From the NCBI RefSeq assembly GCF_036321535.1, contig NC_087451.1:34286001-34350000 (forward strand): 64,000 nucleotides of DNA, read 5' to 3'. Of this stretch, positions 10,430 through 23,119 are shown in pieces (position 1 is the first letter of the stretch; every line of letters begins with the position of its first letter). The translations under genes and the position numbers were made by a program. This DNA comes from Camelus dromedarius (taxonomy: Eukaryota). The notes under the pieces were generated by a model. That model made no database searches, was not told the origin of the DNA, and worked only from the letters and a program-made list of their open reading frames with translations.

Positions 10430-12480
10430 TCCCTACTGCATTCTTCACAGCAGCTGTTTCAACTCTTCTCCTCCCTTCTCAGGCCCCCAAATCCACCCCC
10501 ATCATTCGCAGTAGATGACTTCACCTCCGGCCCCACCGAGAGGACTGCGCTTCTGGTCCGTACTGACTCCAGGCGGCCTCGGGGTCTGGCTGTGCCATTG
10601 GGAAGATTGGGTTTTAATCTGTGCTCTACCACGTTTATAGTTGATTGTGGGCCATTTGCTTAACCTCTCTCACTCAGGGTCTGTTACCCCCCATGTAAAA
10701 TGAAGTTGTCGCAAGGTTTAACTTAAACAAGGCAGGAAACTTGCTCATAAACAAATTACGTAATTATTAACTGTTGGGAATAATTCCACCACCGCTACTA
10801 TTTCTACCCCTTCTGCCACCACCGTCACCCCCACTGACTCCCTTATCTTACCATCCTCCTCCATCAAGAGTTTCTTGTGGTACTGCCCTACTCGCTTCTA
10901 GCCTTCTCAGAGAAGGTGGAGTCCTGCCTCTTGTCTGTGGCTGGCCTCTCTGCTCAAGCAGAAACCATCTGCTCCCATCCTGTCCCAAATGATGGTCTCT
11001 GGCATCTTCAAACTCCCTCTCTCCCCCAGCATCTTCCTCTGGGTGTTCACATGTGTTCAGGTTCCACTTAACTCCCCCAAGTGCTTCCCTTCTCTGGACT
11101 GTTTCTTCAAACCACAGTCTTTTCAAGGATGGACTGACCCAAAGAATCATCTCTGCTTGCTGACACCACTTCCTGGCCTCCCACTCACTCGTCAGCCCCC
11201 TGCAATTTGTTCTCTGCCCCCACGGCTCTAGTGAAACGCAATTTTCAAAGGTCTCCCTAATTGCCCTCTTCCATCCTACTCAGTCCTATGGGGGCGTCTA
11301 GCTCTGTTGATCCAAATAGTTGGCCCCAGACATTCTTCTCCTAGGACATCCCTGATTCCGTTCCTACTTCTTCATTGCTTTTGCACATGAGTCATTATCA
11401 TCCGTCAGTGTGCCCCCTCTGCGCCGTGTCATCTTGTTTGCCCTCTCCCTGGGTGGTCTCACACACTCCCTCAGGAGCCAGGATTTTACCCAGGAGCCTG
11501 CCAAATCCACGTCTCCACCTCTGACCTCTTCTAGGCTCCAGGTTCTCCCTTACAGCTCCCTGCTCCTCTTCTGCACAAGCATGTCCTGCTCCTACTCCAT
11601 CAACTCAACGCACCTAATACTCAAATATCAGTCGTCATCTTCGAAGCCTTCTTAGTGCTCACTCCTCTCACCTGTCAATTCATAGGTCTTACTGAACCTG
11701 CCCTCCAAGTGGTCCTTTGATCTGTTACTTTCTTTCCATTCCCACGAGCTCTCTGCCTTTGCAGGCGCTCATTGCTTACTCATTGCTTGAAATGGTGGCT
11801 TTTGAACTGGTCTGTCTGGGTCTAGCCTCTCTTGGTCCCAGTTTCAGTTTCCCATTGACAGCAAGGTGATCCAAAATTAGGGTGGCTGCATAGTTCATTG
11901 TCCAAACGGAAACACTTTGGGGAGTGAAAGGGAGTCCTATTAATAATTACTGTCCTGGGCAGACAGACGTGCATGTTCACCCTGTTAGAATGACATTCTG
12001 ATGATGCCATTTCCCGGTTTCAGGGTCTCACGGCAACCATAATAACGTGTCATCTTCTCAGCGCGGTGATCGCGGCTCCCTCGTGATCTGGCCTCCTTGT
12101 TGTTTCAGACTCGCCTTCACTCTGGGCTCTTAGGCACCTGACTGTTCAGCCATCCTGAACGAGTCATCATTTCCTGAGGCGTTTGGTTCTTTCCTGTCTC
12201 CAGCCTGTGCTCTGAAGTTCTCCTGCCTGCATCTCCATCCACGTCCTTCAAGGCTCAGCTCAAAAGCTACACCCTCCCTGAAACCCTCACTGACACCAGT
12301 AGTTAGAATGGATTTTCCTCTTTTCTGTTCCGACAGCATGTTGGTTGCATGATCGTACACGGACGCCCAACGTTGGGGTCATCTGTGTCCACAAGCTGAA
12401 GACTGGACACCTGGCAGGGGGCAGGGCCAGATCGCATTCTTCTCTGCATCTCTCAGAACTATAAGCACCATCTCTAAAGA
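10430..12480 (+). mobile_element. Long L2 LINE relic (ORF2 remnant to 3' region), interrupted by a MIR
   Basis: ORF-track fragments LFQLFSSLLRPPNPPPSFAVDDFTSGPTE and GIFKLPLSPSIF resemble L2 ORF2 upstream of RT; nucleotide L2 3' region (ccttcaaggctcagctcaaaagctacaccctccctgaaaccctcactgac) near 12250. Confidence 0.7.
10600..10775 (+). mobile_element. MIR SINE
   Basis: gggttttaatctgtgctctaccac...ccatttgcttaacctctct...catgtaaaatgaag. Confidence 0.65.
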
Positions 12481-12806
12481 GTGAAGAGGGAATGAAATGT
12501 TCCAAGCATCTACATTGTTCCAGGCGTCTCACAGGGCGTCTAATTCTGACTTTGCAACTCTGTATGATGGATCTACCTCCCACCCCACACTTTCTTTTTT
12601 TTCTTTAAATAGAAGAAAGATAAGCCTGAGAGATTTAAGTAATTCACATAGGTTGCACATCGTAGAATTGCATTTCAAACTGAGGTCTGTCTTCTACAGA
12701 GAAAAATGCCTTAAAAGTAGATATGAATGCCTTGTAATCCTATCATCTTTCTGTACACCGTGCTGTTTCCAATATTTGTTTATTGAATGAGATTTAATAA
12801 AAATAG

Positions 12807-13018
12807 CAGATAAAACTACTATATATGAAATAGATAAACAACAATGCCCTACACTATATAGCACAGGGAACTATATTCAACATCCTGTTATAAACCATAA
12901 TGGAAAAGAATATGAAAAAGAACATATATATGTGTGTATAATGGAATCACTTTGCTTTACGCTAGAAACTAACATTGTAAATCAACTCTACTTTGATTTT
13001 AAAAAGTAAGAAAAAAAT
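12807..13018 (+). mobile_element. 5'-truncated LINE-1 3' end (artiodactyl type) with TSD
   Basis: tatagcacagggaactatattcaacatcctgttataaaccataatggaaaagaatatgaaaaag...ttgtaaatcaact; flanked by atttaataaaaatag (12792-12806) and atttaatacaaatag (13019-13033), 14/15 identical. Confidence 0.9.
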
Positions 13019-14438
13019 ATTTAATACAAATAGGGCATAATGTGCAATGGTGAAATTCACAATGGGCCCTCAACACACCCTTTCTCCAACAAAACAATAA
13101 CCAAACACTTCTATCCAGGAGAAATCAGAGTAAGATATGCATTAAGGTCGATCTCGAACTGGAAAATAAGTCAAAGACAGGCAGCCTAATGGAGAGTGGC
13201 GGTGGAGGTGAGGGTTGGGTACGAATATTTCTGTCTTGGTGATGGTGTGAGAGATTTTAGAAGCAAAATAAGCCATTGACACTTTCAATGTTTTTAACGC
13301 AGAATTTCCTTGTTCCCCTCTCTTTCCTCATCATGGTCTGACCACCAGAATAATGGAGTTTCTGTCTCTCTCCATCAGAAAAATGGCTGACCCCAGTGCC
13401 TGTCCCTTGGACTTACAACCTGGATTCAGAGTGAAGAGAAAATACGAAAACAAGTTAGAGCCATGTTGGGGGAATCAAAACCAAGAACCAGGAGAGGACT
13501 TTGGGAGAACCTGTGGATTACTGGCTTTTCTTTCCACTTGGGTCATTGTCACCTGGTGGTTCTCAACTTTTCACTGGGTTGTAGGGAACAGTGACATGGA
13601 CATAAAGGCACTAAGATGGCACTTTCATCTTAGAATCTCCTAACACATCACTGGGTCCGGTATGAAGGCAGCTCTGAGATGCCATGTACCTCCTGGACAG
13701 GTACCCAATGTCTAAAATTGTTCAGATAAAGTGTCTCCCCTGGAAACATATGACAGGAGCTGAGGCAGGGAAAGAGAGCTGGGAGTGGGCAGGAAGATGA
13801 CCTCTACCTGGTGAGGACCTGTGTATATACCCAGGTGAGTGATGAAGGGTTCCAGTTCCGAGGAGGGAAATCTCAAGCTCTCCTGTGTTTACATACGTTC
13901 ATTATGTGCTCTGCTCAGGGCTGGATTCATCTCCAAACAACATCTCTTGGCACCCTACTTTGAACAGTGAATCTTCTGTCTCTCTCATTTCCTCCGTACG
14001 AAACACGGTGTCCAGAAGGAAAACAGAAAAGCAGACCTCGGAACGTGAGAAACTCTACAGCCACATGGATGGTGGAGACACGAAATCTCAAACCCGTTAC
14101 CAACTGCACCAAGTCTGAGGTCCCTTTCCTGACATCACGATTTCTGGCTTTCTTTACTCCCCACCCTACGCCTGCAGGAAAGACTCAAGTACATGGTGCC
14201 CAACAACCTCCCAGCGATCGGGAAGACGAGACACCTGTCAGCAGTGGGTAACCAGCCCCATGAAGGGTGTCCCCCAGCTGACTGCTTCTTAATAAAAGTT
14301 TCAGGACCCACTGACTCAGCAGGGGTGGGGTGGGGAAGCACTTTCCTTTGTCCTACGCTTCTAGAAGTCTCCCCAATTATATTTGTTTGCAACTATAGAT
14401 TTTGGGGGAACTGGGAGAGATTCAGATCATCTAATCTA

Positions 14439-14649
14439 GAGGGGAGCAAGCGAGGGCCACTGGCTACAGTGGACCCATTGCCTCATTTTGTAAGGGACGA
14501 TACTGGCATGTAGTCATGCCCACTTGTCACGTTGTCTGTGGCTGTTTTTGCTGGGCTACAGCAGAGCTGAGTCGGTGCAACAGAGACGTTACGGCCCAGA
14601 AAATCTACCATAGTCACTGGCCCTTTTCAGAAAAACTCTGCAACCCTTG
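14439..14649 (+). mobile_element. MER58A hAT-Charlie MITE
   Basis: gttgtctgtggctgtttttgc...gcagagctgagtcggtgcaacagagacg...ctggcccttttcagaaaaactctgcaacccttg. Confidence 0.75.
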
Positions 14650-14739
14650 AGAGTCCATGGTTTAGATTCTAGACAACAAACTATGGCAGGAGAGGACCAC
14701 ACTGAGCTACTTAGGCAACATATACAAGGCTATGAGCGC

Positions 14740-15420
14740 TCTTACACAATTTTTTTTTGATTATAAGATTATGAAGGAGAAAATAAAAAGGCACCCATAA
14801 TTCTATCCCCCTCTAATAAGAACTGTTAATATTTTGCTGTGTTTGCATCTAGCCTTTTTCTATTTACATATAAAAATAGAAGTATATATCATTATGCAAT
14901 TAAAATCCTACTGTGTTGAGTTCCAGATCCAGTTGTGTGTGCCTGTGTTTCCCATTTTACGGTGGCCGTTTCGCACGTCTTCGAATCGTCCTTGTTAACG
15001 TGACTTTAAATAACTTTTTAATAGGTGTCACAGCATCACGGACCTTCTAGGTAGTTTGTAGTTATTCATAAATCAAAACGTTGTGCCCTAGAGCAAATTC
15101 TGCTGAGCAGAAATCTTTGCCCGCGTCTTATTTCCTTGAGAGACGTTCCCAGAAGTGGAATTACTGGGTTAAAGGGTAAGGACAATTTTCAGGGTCTTGA
15201 TAACATATTGCCAAATTGCTTTCCAGAAAGATTGTACCAATTTATGATCCCACCGGCAATGTACGAAATTGCCCCCTTACCCTCCTCTCACCAGCATCGA
15301 GTACTATCATTAAAAAAGGTTACCAAATTGATAGGCAAAAACTGCATTTTGTTGTTTTGATTTGGATTTCTTTGATTACTGGTGAGGTTAAACATTTTTT
15401 TCCTATGTTAAACACTTCTT
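14740..15420 (-). mobile_element. Old LINE-1 (L1M) fragment
   Basis: cccagaagtggaattactgggttaaagggta...attgccaaattgctttccagaaagattgtaccaattta is antisense L1 ORF2 3' region. Confidence 0.8.
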
Positions 15421-17332
15421 CATATGTTTATGGCCAAAGGGAATCTTAATAATGGTCTTCAAGTGTGCAAAGGGGTTATTTAGTAGATTGGGACCAGCTG
15501 TTCTTGAGAAGAAACCAGAAATGTTGAAACTTCAGCAAGAAAGCAATCCGTTGAAGGTCCTTTGGTGGAGGGAATGACGCTGAGAGTGGTCCAGTGCTAC
15601 TCGGAGACCCTATCCTCCAGGTGCGAGGAGACTCAAGAAAAATAGCCTCAAATTGTTGGGTGCTGACAAGGGCTAAAAACACTGCTAACGTTGGCATAGG
15701 TGTGCATTTAAATGCTCACAGTAGCCCTAGAAGAAGCATGGAGCTTGGATGTAATTTAGTCTTCATTGACATCCACATCCTAAAACCTTGTTTCCATAAC
15801 CACTCTGCTACCCTGCCTCTGAGAGAATGGATTGAATGAACTTTCCCGGCTTCTAAGGGTTTTGCGAATTCTTCCCAAACAAAACGAAGGAAGTGTGCGC
15901 CGCATCTCCCACCATCCCTCCGCAAGAGCTCACCTTCTGTAGCACAAATCGCGGCATAGTTGTCTGCTACCAAGGACTCATTCTCTGCTCTGACGTTTGT
16001 ACTTTTACGTTTTGGCTGAATGCACAGGCTTGCTTCCTTCTCTCCTCATCTTTGTCTCAGGTCCCCACCTTACTCCAGAGGAGCCCCAAATAGCAGGTGT
16101 GGGCTCCCTCTGCACTGGCACCCTCCGCAGCACACTGGCCAGGTCAGGCTATGCTGCCTTCCTCCTGCGTCCTCTCCTGGCCGTGGGGGTGCTGGTCAGG
16201 GTAATGAAAATCCTCCACGGGCTCCCCCTCCTCCCCTCCAGGCCTCCTCTCCACCACTCAATGGAAGCTTTGTCTTTGCAAAGAACAAACCTGAAACCCA
16301 TCCGGCCGCGGCCATTGTCGTCTGTTGGCTCCTGTGCCGTTTGGATCCTGACTCTGTTACAGATCTTGTAATTGAAACTTCAACCTGCTTATTAGGAATT
16401 CAAGGAAGTCACCTAATAATATTTAAAATCTCAGGAAAAGCAGACAAAGCCTTCACTCCCCTACCCCCTTCCTTTGCCAGTCCTCTCTCCTTTACTGCAC
16501 TGTGTTGGGAGTTGATTCGTCTTAAACAAATATAGTGAATTGCTCAGGTGAGCAATTTCCAGGGTTATTGAGGACAAGATGGCTGGGGTGGTTTTTATTT
16601 GTGAGGAGAAGCTGAAGGCATCGACTCTGGTTCTCCTGCCCCCTTCGGTTTTCGGTTGAGAATTCCAGCCATCTCATCTTCTAGGTGCTTGGCATTTTTT
16701 GATCCTGTGTGGTCAGACACAAATGATCGCTCTGACTCGTGCTGCTGTAAAAACAGTGCTCGTCCATCCTCCTCACCTGCCCTTTTCCCACCCTCTGTCT
16801 CTTTGGAGTGCTGGCCCTTGTGAACTCCTGGCGGGGGGGGGGGGGGGGGTGTGTCAGGGGCAGTGGGTGGGTGGAGGGAGGAGCTGTGCCTTGCTCATTT
16901 CCCTTTGAGATAGCAATTCAAACGCCGTTGTTCCCATAATGGGTTGGATTGTGCCCTCCTCGTCTCTGGGTGCAGAAGGTGCCTGTGCTGCCTTGAACAA
17001 GGCAGAGTAGCTCTGATATTGTGGGAGAGACAGCAGGTTTGGGTCACCAGGGCTCTGCACTGGTTGGCCGTGGGAGAGCCGTTCCCACCCACTGGGTTCA
17101 TTTCCTTCCCTTTTACAGTGAAGGGGTTTTGGTCACTGTAATCCGTTTCATCTCTAAACGCCCGTATTTCCAGAATGGCAGGAGACTGGTGTGCCCAGGA
17201 TCAATGTGTCAAGACTCCTTGGCTGTTTTCCCCAACTCTGAGCTCAACCTTCTCAAGCTCTTCTGTTCAGGTGTGCCTCCCATCTGAGCAGGGAAGGCAA
17301 ATCCTAGAGCGGCAGGTGTGGATGTGTGAAAG

Positions 17333-17520
17333 GTAGTCTTCTAAAAGCTGATTCCCCACGAGCGGTCTGGGACCCAAAGCATCTCATCACCCAGGGAAAC
17401 TTGCTAGAAATGTAAGTTCATGGGTTCCACCTGGACCTACAAAATAAGATGCTATGGAGCTGGTTCCTAGCAGTCTGAGTTTTAACAAGCCGTCTGGGTA
17501 ACTTGAATACATGCTCAAGC
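17333..17520 (+). mobile_element. MER5A hAT-Charlie MITE
   Basis: catcacccagggaaacttgctagaaatgtaagttc...ctgagttttaacaagcc. Confidence 0.8.
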
Positions 17521-18059
17521 CCCAAACCCACTGGGCTGGGCTCCATCTGCAGAGGTTGCAGGAGAATACAGACACACCCTGAGTCCTCTTTGCTTTCATC
17601 ATGTGCTGGAAAAGAAGAGGGCCAGGCTCCTTGGTCCTCCCATGCGTTGGAGGGGAGCCAAGTCCTGCTGGAGAGGTCTGAGAGCCTCTATGTAAGCCTA
17701 GGCTCTCTAATAGTACATTTTTTTCTTTCTGGAAGAATGGGCTTCTCCCCGTTTGGGGGTGTGGCAGCAAGTTTATTTGGATTGGGGGAAACGGCTGTCT
17801 ACGAGTGAGAAGGCAAGCGAATTATCCAACAGAGAAAATGTGGTTTTTGGTTGAGCCGCACAATTAAACATTAAGGGATGGCTTAGCAGTTAATAGAAAT
17901 GATTATTCCTCTGACATGTATTATCTCAGAAACCACAAGGCAGGGCTGAGCTGAAAGGAATTTAGGGGCCGAGGAAGACACGGCCTATTATTCCGTGGTC
18001 AGGTTCACTGTCGGAATGAACTTTACAGATAAGCAGTGGGAGGAAGCTAGAAGGATCCA

Positions 18060-19290
18060 TGGCGTAGTGGGTTAGAGTTGGAAATAGTATGAACTCATGT
18101 TTGGCTCAACATGGATACAGGAGGTGCCATACAGAAACATTTATACATATGCATGCGTGTAAGTGTGTGTGTGGATACGGACTAGTGCACACATGTAGTT
18201 TTTCTTTGCTCTGTCAGCTGAGATGGCTCAGAACGAACAACGCCCCCGTAGCAACGAGCACACCGAATGCTCCCATCTCTGTTTCCAGGACTGTTCTCCA
18301 GTGAAAAGACTGGGGGCTCCTTGGAGAAATGGCTGACTCGAGGGCTGAGGAAAGAAGTAGCCAAGATGAGCCTGGAGCATCTGGAGTGCCAGAAAGTAAG
18401 GAAATACTTAAAATACAAACAAATAAAAAACCAAAACCAAAACCAAACTGCACGTAGGCACAACCTTGAAGGGAGGAGAAATGGATGCAGGAACCAAATG
18501 GAAGAGCTCTCCGAGGCCCAAGCTGAAAACAATTTGAGCAAAAAATAAATAATGTGGACTTGGATGATAAGTGTCAAATAAATATTCATGAGTCCGTACT
18601 GATGTGAATAAATGAGTGCATAAGTAATTAGATGAGGGGGGAGAGAACAGACAATTCACTGCAGGAAGATTCCAGACAATTGATGTTGATACTCTGCCCT
18701 CAAGGAGATGGAATTTAGTGACTTATTTCCAAAGAGCACAGTAAAAAAAAGGAGAGGAAAGAAGGACTTTGACAGTGGAGACACCTGAGGAGCGTTGCCT
18801 CGGCCCGGGGATCTCAGAGCATCAGCTGTGATGGGGATGGACTTGACCTCTGTGGCCTTCTTTCCCCAAACTCAAAACCTCAGTCCAATCATAAGAAAAA
18901 CCCTGGACAAGCGAAAAGTGAAGGGACATTCACCGAAACACCTGACCAGCACTCTTCAAAACGATCAAGGCCACGCAAAACAGGGAAAAGTCTGAAGTCA
19001 CTGTTAGGAAGGGACCAGAGGATTCAACGTAACGTGGTAACATGGTGTCCTGACTGGGTTCTGGGAACAGAACAAGGACTTCAGGAGGAACTGAGGAAGT
19101 CCAGAACCTTAGGGATTTTATTTAATAACAATGTGTCCACAGTGGTTCATAAATTGTGACACACGAACCACAGGGCTGGAAGAAGTTACTAACAGGGGAA
19201 ACTGGGATGGGGTAGAGGGGATACTCACTGGATGAAGTTCACAACTTTTCTGTAAATTGAAAGCTCTTTTAAAATGAAAAGTCACTAAAA
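18060..19290 (+). mobile_element. L1MC-type LINE-1 3' UTR
   Basis: ccttggagaaatggctgactc...aagatgagcctggagcatct...ggtgtcctgactgggttctgggaacagaacaaggac...caacttttctgtaaatt. Confidence 0.8.
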
Positions 19291-19372
19291 AAGACCAGAG
19301 AAGGTTCTTGCCCTTGAGATTCAAGTCAAGATCAAAGACACTGATAGGAAATCAATAAAAATACCGAGAACT

Positions 19373-19540
19373 GGGGAAGGGTACAGCTCAGCAGTACAGT
19401 GTGTGCTCAGCATGCACAAGGTCCTGGGTTCAATCCCCAGTGCCTCCACTAAAAAATAAAATAAAATTAATTTAGATAATACTTAAAGAAACCTAATTAC
19501 CTGCCCCTTCCAAAAAAATTAAAGAAAAAAAAAAAAAAAA
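19373..19540 (+). mobile_element. Camelid tRNA-Ala-derived SINE (Vic-1 type)
   Basis: ggggaagggtacagctcagc...catgcacaaggtcctgggttcaatccccagtgcctcc head, aaacctaattacc motif and A-rich tail. Confidence 0.9.
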
Positions 19541-19887
19541 CAACCAGAAACAGATTTGATGTGGAACGGCCTGTGAACAAAATAAGTAATGAAATGAAGA
19601 TCATATTTTTATGTGCAAGTAAATATATCAGCTCATATAAACTCCACAAAACCCTCAGCTCCTCAGTCCCTCCGGCTGCCATGTTCCCAGCAGGTGAGGG
19701 GGAGGGAGGTGGAGGAATCAGCGTTTTAAGTAAAAACTCCACGAACGAATAAATTATAACTTTATTCCTAGCTTTCTTCTTTTTCTCCTCAACTAGTCCA
19801 GTTCAGTCAGACAAATGGGAATAAATTGGGAATAAAAGCTACAATTCAGTCCCTGCTACACCCTCATACTTTTGGGAGAGTCTACAT

Positions 19888-20095
19888 CATTGCTTCTCAA
19901 TGGGGTCGGCGGGGCTGGTTTTGCCCCCCAGGGGACACATGGTGATGTTTGGAGACATTTTTGATTGTCACCACTTGGAAGAAGGGTGCTCCTGGCATCT
20001 AGAAGACAGAGGCGAGGGATGCTGTGTAAGACGGACCCCTGTGATAAAGAATTGTCTTGCCCAAAATGTCAGTGGTGATGCAGTTGCGAAAAATG
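19888..20095 (+). mobile_element. MER20 hAT-Charlie MITE
   Basis: ttttgcccccaggggacac...tttggagacatttttgattgtcac...ctggcatctag...aaagaattgtcttgcccaaaatgtca. Confidence 0.85.
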
Positions 20096-20911
20096 GCTCT
20101 CAGTGTGTCTAAAACTCTCTCCTCTCTTGCAGCCTGGGGAGGAGTCTCTTTCTCATTCTAGGAGTGAGGTTCATGAGACGCAGTGTGACTGTGATCCTCA
20201 GCTGGTTAGGGTACCAGCCCTTAAAGGGTATTTGGAACATATAGGGAGATTTTGGAGGTTCAGTGCCTGCAGAGCAGTGGGGTGGGGTCCCTGCTTGCAG
20301 TGAGCGGGTGGGTTCTAGGGAAGCTGAGTGCCCTACACCTGTGCACCCCTCCCATGGAGAAGGCCCCAGAACCCAGGTGCCCAAGGCTGCGTGTCTGTGG
20401 GAGAAGAGCTGGGCCTAGAACTTGGGCTTGCCTGCTTCTTTTCCTCTGGAACGTATCTCCTTGGACCAGGAGGACTCACAGCTCCATGCCCTCCCCTACC
20501 TACGAGAGGAGCCCCTCTCAAGAGGATGCTTTCATGGCCCAGATGCACCAGATTCCTGAGCCATCTACCATGAATATCCTATAGGAACAGGTGCCCTGGC
20601 TTCCTCACCTATCAAAAGTGGGGACAAGAGCATCTGTTATCATGAGAGTGAAATGAGTTAGTCCACATAAAATCCTTGTCCGTTGCCTAAGACAAAGTGA
20701 GCGGTGAAAACCTCGTGGAGGGGGGCGGTGGTGGTGTTCAGAGCTCTCAATGTGGAACGTGAGCGGAGCCCAGCATCCTTCAGAACCACAGGACTGTTGT
20801 TCACAACTTCGATTCCTTGAACCCCCTCTGCCGAGCCTCAGGGAGGGTCCAAAGAAACCTAACAATTGCCAAAGACCTGCCGTGGGGTGGATGCTGCTTC
20901 TGGTGGTGATA

Positions 20912-21035
20912 CTAGTTTCCTGGAGCTGCCAAAACACCAGCATTGTACTGTCTCACCGCTTTGCAGGCTGGAAGTCCGAAGTCAAGGTGTCCACAAGGTT
21001 GGTTCCTTCCGAGGGTGAACCAGAACCTTCTATCA
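20912..21035 (-). mobile_element. MLT1 (ERVL-MaLR) LTR fragment
   Basis: gcaggctggaagtccgaagtcaaggtgtccacaaggttggttccttccgaggg. Confidence 0.75.
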
Positions 21036-21299
21036 GAAGTCACTGCCCTCCCCAGCCAACCCAGTTCCTCTCTCTCCCGTTCTGAGACACCCTCTGAAGG
21101 TCCAGCGGTGAGGAAAGCACTTCACAGCCTAAAACCCGGCGCCTCCATGGCCCAGCACCAGGGCCCGAGGGAAACAGTGCTGGTTGTCATTGTGGAAAGG
21201 AGACCTTTCTGGTAGACGAGTCTCGAGTGGAGAAACCAGAACGGTGTGGCCTCGCGGCCACCTTTGGACCTCACGCAGGGAGCTCTTGCTTGTGGTCAG

Positions 21300-21680
21300 A
21301 GGCGGGTCCCGCAAATAGCTTTGCCTTTGAATTATGCGCCCTGGCTGCGTTAGCAGGTGCGGCAGGCAGCGGCAGCATGCAAATAGTTTTGCATCGAGTG
21401 TTCGTCTGCAGGAACGTGGAAAATCACATTTGGTTAAGTCTCAGCTGCACCCCGATTAGTCCCAGCTCCCTTTTTGCTTTACTGCCTTACCTCCAGCCCT
21501 GATCACTTCCTTGCTGTTGCTCTGTTGCAATGAATGACAGCTGTTATCTCATGCAAATTAGCAGGCAAGGGGGGGGGGTAACCTGGTGGCAGGTGGCAGC
21601 ATCTCAGCAAACTTCCCCGTCCTCTGGTCTCTGTGCTTAGCAGTTAATGTGCTGATTAAAACTAAATAAATAAACACGTA
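21300..21680. promoter_or_regulatory. Candidate enhancer with POU octamer sites
   Basis: ATGCAAAT at 21377 and 21551, inverted TTTGCAT at 21388, E-box CAGCTG 21538, forkhead-like TAAATAAACA near 21667, all in sequence I do not recognise as repeat-derived. Confidence 0.4.
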
Positions 21681-22019
21681 GAGAAGTTGAAGGTCAGGGA
21701 AGAGCCACAGGGTGGTCAGTCTGAGCGGTTTCTGCTGGGTTCATGGAAACCGGGAGTTGCCAGAAGTGATTCTGGTCCGAGAGCAAGAAGGCTGCTTCTG
21801 CGATCAGCCTGAGCGATTCCTGCTACGCTCCTGCCTCTGGGTCTTTCCCTGGGTTTGCCGGGTCTTGTCCCTCGCTGCCTCCTGACCTCACCCATCTCAT
21901 CACCCTTCTCAGTCACCGGGTCGCAGCCTCCTGGAGTCTGTCCATCTGCCTGTCATTGGCATGACCCTTCCTGCCATCAGGAATGTTCTTCCCCAGAAAT
22001 CCCCATGGTTGGACCCACT

Positions 22020-22708
22020 TTTTTTTTTTTAAGATACCCTTTTATTGTAGTTCTTTTCTTTTTTTTAACATTTTTTTATTGAGTTACAATCATTTTACAA
22101 TGTCATGTCAAATTCCAGTGTAGAGCACAATCTTTCAGTTATACATGAACATACATATATTCATTGTCACATTCTTTTTCGCTGTGAGCTACTACAAGAT
22201 CTTGTATATATTTCCCTGTGCTCTACAGTATAATCTTGTTTATCTATTCTGCATAGGCCTGTCAGTATCTACAAATTTTGAAATCCCAGTCTGTCCCTTC
22301 CCTCCCCCCGCCCCCTTGGCAACCCCAAGTTTGTATTCTATGTCTGTGAGTCTGTTTCTGTTTTGTATTTATGTTCTTCTTCTTCTTTTTTTTTTAGATT
22401 CCTCATATGAACGATCTCATATGGTATTTTTCTTTCTTTTTCTGGCTTACTTCACTTAGAATGACATTCTCCAGGGATATCCATGTTGCTGCAAATGNNN
22501 NNNNNNNNNNNNNNNNNNNNNNNNNNNNNNNNNNNNNNNNNNNNNNNNNNNNNNNNNNNNNNNNNNNNNNNNNNNNNNNNNNNNNNNNNNNNNNNNNNNN
22601 NNNNNNNNNNNNNNNNNNNNNNNNNNNNNNNNNNNNNNNNNNNNNNNNNNNNTTTTGAAGAAGGGTTCCTTCTGGATCTATGCCCAGGAGTGGGATTCCT
22701 GGGTCATA
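22020..22708 (-). mobile_element. Young 5'-truncated camelid LINE-1 with TSD
   Basis: Minus ORF PYDPGIPLLGIDP...FAATWISLENVILSEVSQKKKEKYHMRSFI is the L1 ORF2p C-terminus, followed by 3' UTR and poly(A); TSD tggacccact at 22010-22019 and 22709-22718. Confidence 0.95.
22498..22652. other. Assembly gap (155 N) inside the L1
   Basis: Run of N. Confidence 0.99.
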
Positions 22709-23119
22709 TGGACCCACTCTTACTGAGGGGTCTATTCCAATGTTCCCTCCCCAGAGAGGTCTTCCCATTGACTCTGCCCGAGGCTGCACCTCACTCTCTC
22801 TCTGTCTGTCCCTGTGTCTCCTGTGCTTGCCCCAGAGATCAGAGCCTTTGTCCGTCTGGTCTCTGCTGTGATTTTGCTGGTCAGAATCCTGTGAATGAGT
22901 CTTCAATAAAATCACTAATGGTTAAAAAAAAAAAAAAAAAAAGAGTCCCAGAGGAAGCCGGCCAGGCAGATTTGAGTTAAGGGACGACTAGGGCGGATTT
23001 TATCATTTATGCACACAGAACATGTCTGTGTCCCTCACAGTGGCCCTGTGAGGTGTGCAGGACAGGAGCAGTTGGGGCTACTGTGGTGATGAGGAGACGG
23101 TGGGAAGAAGGTCTCTTGG

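Larger units (their letters stand above)
21940..22920 (+). mobile_element. L2 3' fragment split by the L1 insertion
   Basis: Joining 21940-22019 to 22719-22920 gives continuous L2-like sequence (gaatgttcttcccc...ccccagagaggtcttccc...tcaataaa). Confidence 0.65.

Noticed and set aside
22905-22942. AATAAA followed 13 nt later by A19, resembling a processed retrocopy end
   Set aside because: The AATAAA corresponds to the L2 3' terminus, and only a weak 5-bp repeat (gagtc) could serve as a TSD.
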